Assembly (NCBI GenBank): GCA_963726845.1
Contig: CAVSGB010000262.1
Coordinates: forward strand, 6,696 to 70,695
Direction of reading: 5' to 3'
Length of the DNA stretch: 64,000 nt
Source: an uncultured Bacteroidota bacterium
Lineage (GTDB): Bacteria; Bacteroidota; Bacteroidia; Bacteroidales; DTGW01
Shown: positions 50,262 through 59,147 of the stretch, one piece after another
Numbering within the stretch: the stretch's first letter is position 1
How the letters are laid out: the number at the start of each line of letters is the position of its first letter
Notes under the pieces: generated by a model
Told to the model about the DNA's origin: nothing
The model's input: only the letters and a program-made list of their open reading frames with translations
The model's database searches: none
Made by a program: the position numbers and the translations under genes

Positions 50262-51622
50262 TGCTTTATCTTTTCAGCAAACCCATCTATATCGCCGGCT
50301 CCCATCGTTATAATCAATTCTGGCTTACGTGTTTTTAGTAATTCTAATAAATTTTCTTTTTTGCAAATTGTTTTATTCCGGATTGTCACTTTATTAAAAA
50401 TCAATTCTGAGCTTACACCTTCGATCGGTTCTTCACGTGCCGGATATATATCGAGCAAAACAAGTTCGTCGAGAAGGCTTAGGTTTTCGGCAAAACCATC
50501 AGCAAAATCTCGTGTACGTGTGTACAAGTGCGGTTGAAATATCCCCATAATTTTCTTTTCCGGGAACAATTCCCTGGCTGAGGTTATGCAGGCTTTTATT
50601 TCTTCGGGATGATGTGCATAATCGTCAATATAAATCAAATCTTTATTATTAATTTGAATTTCGAACCTGCGCTTCACCCCTTTATATGAAGCCAGTGCAC
50701 TTATCATTTCTTCTGGTGTAACTTGCAGGATAATGGCCGCAGAAATAGCTGCAATTGCATTTTCAAGGTTCATTTTGCCTGGTATTCCCAATTTAATGTC
50801 CCTGACAATTCCCATCGGGGTTTGTAGATCGAAGTTGTAAAGCCCATCAACAACCCGGACATTTTCAGGATAGAAATTTGCCTTTTCGGTCAATGAGTAT
50901 GTGAAATCGTTTACATCGTTGAGGCTGCCAACATCAATCGGAAGGCCTTTTTTGTAAACCAAAACCCCATTTTCAGTTATTTGTTGCGCGAACTGGTTAA
51001 ACGATTTTATTACTTCTTCGTGTGTCCCATAAATATCCAGGTGGTCGGCATCAACAGAAGTAATTACCGCAAGATATGGAAAAAGGTGGAGGAACGAACG
51101 GTCATATTCATCTGCTTCAGCTATTACAACTTCACTTGTATTAGAGATCAATAAATTTGAATTGAAATTTTTTGATATTCCGCCAAGAAATGCTGAACAT
51201 CCAACTGATGAGCTTGTAAGTATATGGGCAAGTATTGTTGATGTCGTGGTTTTGCCATGTGTACCTGCGACTGCAATACCTGTGTGGTTCGAAAAAATCA
51301 TTCCCAGTACTTCAGCGCGTTTCAAAACTGTGTATTCACGTTCTTTAAAATAATTGAATTCGTAATGATAATTTGGCACAGCCGGTGTATATATCACGAG
51401 TGTATTTTCCTTATGAGAAATTATTGGATCTGGCACCAATTCAAGTTTGTCTTCGAAATGTACATCAATACCCTCTTTTTTGAGTTCATCGGTAAGTGGG
51501 GTTGAAGTTTTATCATAACCGGCGACAAATTTGCCCTGCGACTTGAAATACCTTGCCAGTGCGCTCATTCCGATACCGCCAATTCCAACCAGGTACACAT
51601 TGTTGATTTTTTCGAATTCCAT
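50246..51622 (-). CDS. murC: UDP-N-acetylmuramate--L-alanine ligase
   Basis: 458 aa: VYLVGIGGIGMSALA, AVAGTHGKTTT. Confidence 0.95.
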   Translation of the reverse strand: MEFEKINNVYLVGIGGIGMSALARYFKSQGKFVAGYDKTSTPLTDELKKEGIDVHFEDKLELVPDPIISHKENTLVIYTPAVPNYHYEFNYFKEREYTVLKRAEVLGMIFSNHTGIAVAGTHGKTTTSTILAHILTSSSVGCSAFLGGISKNFNSNLLISNTSEVVIAEADEYDRSFLHLFPYLAVITSVDADHLDIYGTHEEVIKSFNQFAQQITENGVLVYKKGLPIDVGSLNDVNDFTYSLTEKANFYPENVRVVDGLYNFDLQTPMGIVRDIKLGIPGKMNLENAIAAISAAIILQVTPEEMISALASYKGVKRRFEIQINNKDLIYIDDYAHHPEEIKACITSARELFPEKKIMGIFQPHLYTRTRDFADGFAENLSLLDELVLLDIYPAREEPIEGVSSELIFNKVTIRNKTICKKENLLELLKTRKPELIITMGAGDIDGFAEKIKQNYEL

Positions 51623-51690
51623 TTTTATAGGTCATTTAAGGTTGAAAACTTAAAGTATGTTTCTTAAAATAAATTCTATATTTTCTAAAA

Positions 51691-51765
51691 GCCTCATATC
51701 GACACCCTCCAATCGGAGAGGGAGTTTCCCATTCTCCTTTTGGAGAAGGGGCAGGGAGTGAGGCC
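51691..51765. repeat. GC-rich hairpin repeat element, copy B
   Basis: GCCTCA..CCCTCC-aatc-GGAGAGGG..TTCTCC-TTTT-GGAGAAGGGGCAGGGAGTGAGGC. It is related to 291..359, and its ends GCCTCA/TGAGGC pair. Located in the murG/murC spacer. Confidence 0.75.
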
Positions 51766-51792
51766 TTTGGTATATTTCGAAACGAATTCATT

Positions 51793-52917
51793 TTATCGTT
51801 TTTTATTTTCTGAAACAATTTCTAATATCTTCTTTGCAATTTTTTCAGATGAATTATGTAACGCCAATTTTGAAATATTATCGGCAAGTTCCTTTTGCCG
51901 TGTCCCATCTTTTGCAAGTTGAAGCGCTGTATCTATTAATTTGTCATTCGCTTCTGAATCGGCAACTAAAATGGCTGCATTTTTATCGACCAATGCCTGT
52001 ACATTTTTTGTTTGATGGTCTTCGGCTACATTAGGCGACGGTACGAGGATTGAAGGTTTTCCTGTAATACATAATTCTGAAATACTGCTTGCACCTGCCC
52101 TTGAAATAACTATGTCGGCCACGGCATAAGCCAAATCCATCCTTGAAATAAAATCATGAAGTTTGATGTTTTCAGCGTTTGCTGAATGTAATTGAATATT
52201 TGCCCGGGCCTTATACAAACTGCCGCTTTGCCAGATAAACTGTAAATTACTATTTTTTATCTTGTCTATCGATTTTGCAATACTTTGGTTTATCATGCGG
52301 GCTCCCAGGCTTCCACCAATGCTAAGGATTGTGTTTTTTTCAGGACTTAGGCCAAAGTATTTATATCCTTCATCCTTTAAGTTGCCTAAAGCTTCAAGTC
52401 CCTGCCGAATTGGATTTCCTGTAATTATTATTTTTTCTTTGGGAAAATATTTTTCCATCCCTTCATATGCAACAAAAATCAATTTTGCTTTTTTTGCCAA
52501 TAATTTATTGGTAATCCCTGCATAGGAATTTTGTTCCTGTATAACTGTCGGAATTCTTAAACGTGAAGCTGCCCAAAGCACTGGAGCACTTGCATAACCG
52601 CCTACCCCAACAACAATATCTGGATTGAATTCCTTTAAAACTTTTCGTGCTCTGATTAAACTTTTAATTAATTTTAATATAACAGTGAAATTTTTATAAA
52701 AAATCTTTCTTTGAAATCCTGCGACCGGTAATCCGATAATTTTGTAACCTGCTACTGGGACTTTCTCCATTTCCATTTTGTTTTCAGCGCCTACAAAAAG
52801 TATTTCGATTCCGGGATCAAGTTTTATTAATGCATTGGCAATTGATATGGCAGGGAATATATGGCCTCCGGTTCCGCCGCCACTTATGATTATTTTAATA
52901 TTTTGCTTTTCAACCAT
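51793..52917 (-). CDS. murG: undecaprenyldiphospho-muramoylpentapeptide beta-N-acetylglucosaminyltransferase
   Basis: 374 aa: IIISGGGTGGHIFPAISIA.., ..ISRAGASSISEL... Confidence 0.95.
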   Translation of the reverse strand: MVEKQNIKIIISGGGTGGHIFPAISIANALIKLDPGIEILFVGAENKMEMEKVPVAGYKIIGLPVAGFQRKIFYKNFTVILKLIKSLIRARKVLKEFNPDIVVGVGGYASAPVLWAASRLRIPTVIQEQNSYAGITNKLLAKKAKLIFVAYEGMEKYFPKEKIIITGNPIRQGLEALGNLKDEGYKYFGLSPEKNTILSIGGSLGARMINQSIAKSIDKIKNSNLQFIWQSGSLYKARANIQLHSANAENIKLHDFISRMDLAYAVADIVISRAGASSISELCITGKPSILVPSPNVAEDHQTKNVQALVDKNAAILVADSEANDKLIDTALQLAKDGTRQKELADNISKLALHNSSEKIAKKILEIVSENKKR

Positions 52918-52980
52918 TTTTAGGTATTAGCTTTTAGCTTTTAACTATTAGTTCATTATTTTTTGTTCTTTACTTTTAAC
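52918..52980. repeat. tandem heptamer array TTTTAGC-type, 9 in-phase units
   Basis: TTTTAGG TATTAGC TTTTAGC TTTTAAC TATTAGT TCATTAT TTTTTGT TCTTTAC TTTTAAC. It starts at the base next to the murG ATG and ends 4 nt from the ftsW stop. Confidence 0.85.
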
Positions 52981-52984
52981 TTAT

Positions 52985-54205
52985 TTAATCTGCCTTCTGT
53001 TCTTCTTTTGCTTCATCTTTTTCAGTTTCCTCTTCTTCTTTATTCTCAGAAATTTCTGTTTCTTCCTTATTTATACCCCTGCTTACACTCAGTATTATCC
53101 CCAAGGCAGAACTGGTAAATAAAATTGACGATCCGCCCATGCTCACTAATGGGAGTGTTTGTCCTGTTACCGGGAAAAGGTTTACAGCAACAGCCATATT
53201 TATCATTGCCTGAAACACTAAGCTCAGCGATAACCCGAATGTAAGGAATGCAGGAAATGTACGATCTGTTTTTCGCACGATAACACCTGCCCTGTATAGC
53301 AGGTATAAATAAAGAAACAAAACAAGAATGCCACCGATTAATCCATATTCTTCAACAATAATCGCATAAATAAAGTCAGAAAACGGGAATGGTAGAAAAT
53401 TTCGTTGTGTGCTGTTCCCAGGTCCTTTGCCAAGTATACCGCCGGTTGCAACAGCTATTTTTGCCTGCTCTGCCTGGAAATTATTGTCATCATCTTTTTC
53501 GGTATCCTTACCAATATAAGTTTCCACGCGGTGTTTCCATGTATCGACCCTATGGCCAAGCTTGGTTTTTGTCATTGGCGCTATCAGCACAAATAGTGAT
53601 AAGAAAATTATTCCTGCTAGTCCAAGCAATAAAAGATGTTTGATCGATATCCGCCCGACAAACATTAGAATTATACTCACTGCAAAAATCATGAGCGAGG
53701 TTGAAAGGTTTGAAGGTAATATCAGGATACAAACCAGGCCGACAGGGATTATTATTGGCAGAAATGCTTTCTTAAAATCTTTAATTTCTTCCTGCTTTAA
53801 TGACAGAACGCGGGCAATATACATTATCAGCGCTAATTTTGCAAAATCAGAAGTTTGTATTGTTATCCCGATTCCGGGTAATGTCAACCATCGCGAGGCT
53901 GAATTAATTGCAGTGCCCATCACCATTGTTAAACCAAGCAAGGGTATTGAAATAAACAGAAGCAATTGAGCAAGCCTTGAATAATATTTATAAGGGATAA
54001 GATGCGTTATATAAATTGCAACAAATCCTATCAACATGAACGATAAATGTTTCAGGATATAATAGGTTGTATTGCCGCCCTGGTATTTATAGGCCAGTGT
54101 GCCGGTTGAACTATATACGGCAAGTACTGAAATTAATGTAAGGCAAATTATTACTCCCCAGATTATCCCATCGCCTTTAAAATATTTTCTTAGTGTCTCA
54201 GCCAT
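52985..54205 (-). CDS. ftsW: FtsW/RodA/SpoVE-family peptidoglycan glycosyltransferase (cell division protein FtsW)
   Basis: 406 aa, polytopic, with ..SDFAKLALIMYIA.. and ..TGQTLPLVSMGGSS... Confidence 0.92.
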   Translation of the reverse strand: MAETLRKYFKGDGIIWGVIICLTLISVLAVYSSTGTLAYKYQGGNTTYYILKHLSFMLIGFVAIYITHLIPYKYYSRLAQLLLFISIPLLGLTMVMGTAINSASRWLTLPGIGITIQTSDFAKLALIMYIARVLSLKQEEIKDFKKAFLPIIIPVGLVCILILPSNLSTSLMIFAVSIILMFVGRISIKHLLLLGLAGIIFLSLFVLIAPMTKTKLGHRVDTWKHRVETYIGKDTEKDDDNNFQAEQAKIAVATGGILGKGPGNSTQRNFLPFPFSDFIYAIIVEEYGLIGGILVLFLYLYLLYRAGVIVRKTDRTFPAFLTFGLSLSLVFQAMINMAVAVNLFPVTGQTLPLVSMGGSSILFTSSALGIILSVSRGINKEETEISENKEEEETEKDEAKEEQKAD

Positions 54206-54422
54206 TGTTAGGTGTTAGGTATTTGCTATTAGGTTTTAGTTTTTTATTTATTTTAAATATTTGTCTTTTTTAATTTGTCATTTGTCATTTGTAATTTGTA
54301 ATTAGTCATTTGTAATTTGTCATTTGTAATTTGTAATTTGTAATTTGTAATTTGTAATTTGTAATTTGTAATTTGTAATTTGTAATTTGTAATTTGTAAT
54401 TTGTAATTTGTAATTTGTAATT
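54206..54422. repeat. tandem heptamer array, 31 units in a single phase (TGTTAGG-type grading into TGTCATT/TGTAATT; last 14 units are perfect TGTAATT)
   Basis: The phase was checked unit by unit from the base next to the ftsW ATG (54205) to 6 nt before the murD stop (54429). ORF 54320..54610 (ITNYKLQ repeats) is an artefact of this array. Confidence 0.95.
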
Positions 54423-54428
54423 CTCTTC

Positions 54429-55764
54429 TTAAAGTTCTTTAACAAATTTTTTAAACTGCCTACCCCTGTCCTCGTAATTATCGAATAAATCAAAACTCGC
54501 GCATGCAGGTGATAGCAGAACAGTTTCACCTCCTTTGGCCAAATGATAAGCAGCCTTGACGGCTTCCTGCATTGAACTTGCATCCACGATAGCATCGACC
54601 ATGCCATCAAAAGATTTATGCAATTTTGTATTGTCTTTGCCCAAACAAACCATTGCTTTTACTTTTTTCTGGACCAATTCATAAAGTTCTTTATAATTAT
54701 TTCCTTTATCGGTTCCCCCTGCTATCCAGATAACATTATTTGGGATACATTCTAATGCGTACCAAACTGAGTTGACATTTGTTGCTTTTGAATCGTTTAT
54801 GAATTCAATACCATTGACTTTTACAACATACTCCAACCGATGCTCAACTCCTTTAAAATCCATCAACGATTCACGGATTATTTCCTTTCGAATTTTTAAG
54901 GCGCTTCCTGTAATGCCTGCTGCCATTGAATTGTAGGCGTTATGCCTTCCTTTTAATGAAAGTTCATCTAAGGACATAGAGAAATCGATATTGTCAAATT
55001 CAATATTGATAAAATTGTTGCGGACATAGGCTCCTTTTAGTTGCTGGTTTTTAAGTGTCATTGGTAATTGTTTTGCCCTAGTTACGATCTTTTCCATTTC
55101 GCGAATGGTGAGGTCGTCATCAGAACAATAAATAAAGAAGTCTTCTTCGGTAAGGTTTTGTGTTATTCTGAATTTTGAGTCGATATATTTTTGCAAGTCG
55201 TAATCGTAGCGGTCAAGATGATCTGGGGTAATATTAAGTAAAATCGCGATGTCAGCCTTAAACTCATACATATCGTCCAATTGAAAATTACTGATTTCGA
55301 GGACGTAATAATCGAAATTCTCGGTCGCAACCTGCATAGCAAAGCTTCTTCCAATATTTCCGGCAAGACCGACATTCATACCTGCCTTCTTCATCATGTG
55401 ATATATTAGTGATGAAGTAGTTGTTTTACCATTGCTTCCTGTAATACAAATTTTATAAGCTGATGTGTACCTTCCTGCAAATTCAATTTCTGAAATTATT
55501 GAAATACCAGCTTCACGAATCTTTAAAACAATCTCGGCTTTGTCTGGAATGCCTGGGCTTTTTATAATTTCATGGGCATCTAAGATTAATTCTTTCGTAT
55601 GCTGGCCTTCTTCAAAAGCTATATTATAGTTGTTCAGGATTTCTTTATAATAGTCTTTTATTTTTCCGGAATCGGAAACGAAAATTTCGAAACCTTTTAA
55701 ATGTGCAAGAACAGGCTGCACCTACACCGCTTTCACCGGAACCTAAAATTACTATTCGTTGCAT
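54429..55764 (-). CDS. murD: UDP-N-acetylmuramoylalanine--D-glutamate ligase, frame broken once near 55714
   Basis: ORF 54429..55721 has ..ICITGSNGKTTT... The N-terminus MQRIVILGSGESGVGAA is in another frame from the ATG at 55764. Removing one base from GCAGCCTGTT gives GVGAAVLAHLKGFEIFVSD. Confidence 0.93.
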
Positions 55765-55780
55765 AGTTAAACCTCCAGGA

Positions 55781-56073
55781 GCCTACCAAACCAAGCCTCA
55801 CCCCCAACCCCTCTCCAAAAAGAGAGGGGCGAAAGAAAAGGAGTGGCTTAGGTAAGCAATATTTTAATTTTTACGTTTCATATCAAATTTAATTTTAACT
55901 CTGCCTTTCTTTCTTCTTCTTCCCTTAATGGAGGCCTGGTTAGGCTTAGGCCTCCCAAACACTCCAAAGGAGAGGCTTAGATTAGCAATATTTTAATTTT
56001 TACGTTTCGTATCAATTTTATTTTAACTCTGCCTTTCTTTCTCCTCCCCTTCGGGGAGGTTGGGTGGGGCTTC
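55781..56073. repeat. composite repeat region: GC-hairpin element copy C (55781..55850, inverted relative to copy A), a 129-nt-period direct duplication (55845..55924 / 55974..56049), and two GC hairpins (55930..55955, 56043..56059)
   Basis: The reverse complement of 55781..55850 aligns almost base for base with 291..359. The two AT-rich copies read GGCTTAG.TAGCAATATTTTAATTTTTACGTTTC.TATCAA.TTT.ATTTTAACTCTGCCTTTCTTTC. The hairpins are GGAGGCC..GGCCTCC and CCTCCCC-ttc-GGGGAGG. Confidence 0.85.
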
Positions 56074-57326
56074 TTATCTTATCTTTAATGTAACTATTGT
56101 TATAATTGCCAAAATAATCCCGACAATCCAGAAACGTGTTACTATCTTGGCTTCCGGATATCCCTTCATTTGGTAATGATGGTGCAATGGCGCCATTTTA
56201 AAAATCCGCCGTCCTTCACCGAACTTTTTCCTGGTGTATTTGAAATAACTTACCTGCATCATTACCGAAAGGTTTTCAACAAGAAAGATTCCACAAAGAA
56301 TCGGGATTAGAAGTTCTTTACGGATAATAATTGAAAAAACTGCAATTATTCCACCTAAGGCCAGGCTTCCTGTATCGCCCATGAATACCTGGGCAGGATA
56401 AGAATTGTACCATAGAAAACCAACTGTTGCACCAATGAAAGCGCTTGCGAAAATTACCAGTTCGCCAATATGTGGGATGTACATTATATTAAGATAATCT
56501 GCATAAATCATGTTTCCTGACAAATAAGCCAAAATGCCGAGTGTTGTGCCTATTATTGCAGAAGTGCCGGTTGCAAGGCCATCGAGTCCATCGGTGATAT
56601 TTGCACCATTCGATACAGCAGTGATAATAATGATTATGGCTATTATAAAAATCAACCATTTCCATTTTGCAGCTGATCCGCCCAGAAACCACACCAATTT
56701 ACCGTAATTAAATTCATGGTTTTTTAAAAATGGTATAGTTGTTTTGGTTGATTTTACATCGCGATATTCAACGAATTTAGCATGTGAAATATTTAGCTCA
56801 TCGCTACCAACTGTATTTTCTGAAACAGGTAAAGTTTTAGTTATCTTTTGCCTGACAACAACATCGCTGCTAAGCCATAATGTTAGCCCTACAATTATTC
56901 CAAGTCCAACCTGTCCTACAATTTTAAATTTTCCTTCTAACCCTTTTTTATCTTTTTTATATACTTTTATATAATCGTCCATTCCTCCAATAAAAGCAAG
57001 CCACAATGTAGTTACCAACATAAGTATTACATAAACATTTAGAATATCAGCAAATAACAATGTTGGTATAACAATACCTGCAATAATAATTATTCCTCCC
57101 ATTGTAGGGGTCCCTTTCTTTTGCATTTGTCCTTCAAGGCCAAGGTCGCGAACTATTTCTCCAATTTGTTTCCTTTGAAGGAATAGGATTATTCTTTTGC
57201 CAAAAAGAAGTGCAATAGCCAGTGATGTAATTGCAGCCATGGATGCCCTGAAAGAAATATAATGGAACATCCCGGCCCTGGAAGGTCTATCGATTCGTGA
57301 AGGTATTTGAACAGGTAGTATAACAT
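56074..57326 (-). CDS. mraY: phospho-N-acetylmuramoyl-pentapeptide transferase, frame broken once near 57272
   Basis: ORF 56074..57270 has ..KKGTPTMGG.., ..[13 protein letters not shown].., ..[12 protein letters not shown]... The N-terminus [19 protein letters not shown] is in another frame from the ATG at 57326. CCGGGATG looks like CCGGGGATG minus one G. Confidence 0.93.
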
Positions 57327-57331
57327 AATTT

Positions 57332-57559
57332 ATTAATGTGCTTATTAATTGATATGCTAATGTGCTAATTGTTTATAATCAAAATTTAAAATGATTTTTC
57401 ATACTTTAATTTTTGTTTTTGAATTCAAAATTTTATTGTTTCAGTTTTATATTTGTTGTTTTTTCATTTTCACATCGACAAATCAGCACATCAGCACATC
57501 GGCACATCGGCACATCGGCACATCAGCAAATCAGCAAATTGTCGCATTAGCAAATTGTT
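57332..57559. repeat. two oppositely oriented octamer arrays (GCTAATGT-type 57332..57371; ACATCAGC-type, 11 in-phase units, 57472..57559) separated by about 100 nt
   Basis: The right arm reads ACATCGAC AAATCAGC ACATCAGC ACATCGGC x3 ACATCAGC AAATCAGC AAATTGTC GCATTAGC AAATTGTT. The left arm is its approximate reverse complement. The right arm supplies the last codons and stop of murE. Confidence 0.9.
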
Positions 57560-58999
57560 TAATAACTTCTTCTTTATCATCAAAATGGTACTTTACGCCT
57601 TTAATTTCCTGATAAGTTTCATGGCCTTTCCCGGCAACAAGAATAATATCGCCGGGTTTGGCAAACATTACAGCTGTTTTAATAGCTTCATGCCTGTCTG
57701 GAATTGTTAAGGTTTTTTTTGTGTATTGTGCATCAATACCAGTAACCATATCATTTATTATATCAGCAGGTTCTTCGAAACGAGGGTTGTCTGAAGTGAT
57801 GATTACTTTATCAGAATTCTCTGCACATACCCGGGCCATAATCGGGCGCTTTGTCTTATCGCGGTTTCCGCCTGCGCCGACAACAGTAATTAGTTGTTCA
57901 CCACCTTTTCGTATTTGATGGATTGTTTTCAGAACATTTACCAAAGCGTCGGGAGTGTGGGCATAATCAATTATTGCATTGATACCGTTCTTAGAACCTT
58001 ACAGTTTCGAATCGCCCGCTTACTTCGCGCAATGAACTTAGGATACGAAGAATTTCTTCTTTATTTTGTCCAAGCATTATTGCAGCAGAATAAATAGCGA
58101 GCAGGTTACTTGCATTGAATTCACCAATGAGTGGTGTCCAAAAATCTTCACCGTCTAATATCAATTGCATTCCATCGAAATGACTTTCAATTACCTTCGC
58201 TTTAAAATCGGCCATGTAACGCATTGCAAAAGTTTTAATAACCGCTTTGGTATTCTGGACCATTACCTGTCCATTTCTATCATCGATGTTTATTACTGCA
58301 AAAGCTTCTTTGCCCAAACTATCAAAAAATGATTTTTTTGCTTTGAGATAATTGTCAAAAGTCAAATGATAATCTAAATGGTCGTGGGTAATATTCGTGA
58401 AAATACCGCCTGCAAAGCGCAAACCTGCAGTACGTTTTTGCGCCTGTGCGTGCGAGCTGACTTCCATAAAGCAATATTCACATCCAACATCCACCATTTC
58501 AGCCATTAGTTTATTTAAAATTATCTGATCAGGAGTTGTATGTGTCGATTCGAAAGTTTTATCGTCCACACAATAAACTACCAGTTGAAATTAATCCTGA
58601 TTTATGCCCCAATGCTTTAAATAGCCGAAATAGAAGAGTAGCGATTGTTGTCTTACCATTTGTTCCGGTAACACCAACTAATATTAATTTATTTGATGGA
58701 TTGTTGTAAAAGTTTGAAGCAATGATACCCATTGCTTCTGCTGAATCAGGAACAACAATCCATGTAATATTTGCAGCCCAGTCTTTTGGCAACTTTTCAC
58801 ATACAATTGCTCTTGCCCCTGATTCTAAAGCTTTTTGAATAAAAGAATGTCCATCGGTTTGTGTGCCTGAAATTGCAATGAATACAGAGCCTGGTTTTAC
58901 TTTTCTTGAATCGGATTGAATATCTAAAATCTCGATATTTAATTCGCCAAAAACTTTAACAGGCTGTATATTTTTTAATATGTCGTTTAAAGTTTTCAA
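57531..58999 (-). CDS. murE: UDP-N-acetylmuramoyl-L-alanyl-D-glutamate--2,6-diaminopimelate ligase, frame broken twice (near 58581 and 57995)
   Basis: The three ORFs (58559..58999, 57991..58569, 57531..57944) join as ..[69 protein letters not shown]... The junction peptides were read in the shifted frames. Confidence 0.93.
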
Positions 59000-59014
59000 T
59001 ATTTTATTCTAATA

Positions 59015-59147
59015 ATAATTCATAATTCATAATTCATAATTCATAATTCATAATTCATAATTCATAATTCATAATTCATAATTCATAATTCATAATTCAT
59101 AATTCATAATTCATAATTCATAATTCATAATTCATAATTCATAATTT
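59015..59147. repeat. tandem heptamer array ATAATTC x18 + ATAATTT
   Basis: Perfect periodicity from 59015. The array ends at the base before the ftsI stop codon (59148) and fills the ftsI/murE spacer. Confidence 0.95.

Noticed and set aside
54320-54610. 96-aa ORF translating as ITNYKLQ repeats
   Set aside because: It reads through the TGTAATT heptamer array and overlaps the 3' end of murD in another frame. It is an artefact of a stop-free tandem repeat.
50234-59147. Tandem arrays considered as CRISPR arrays
   Set aside because: The units are 7-8 nt with no unique spacers between them, and no cas genes are in the window. These are microsatellite-like arrays, not CRISPR.
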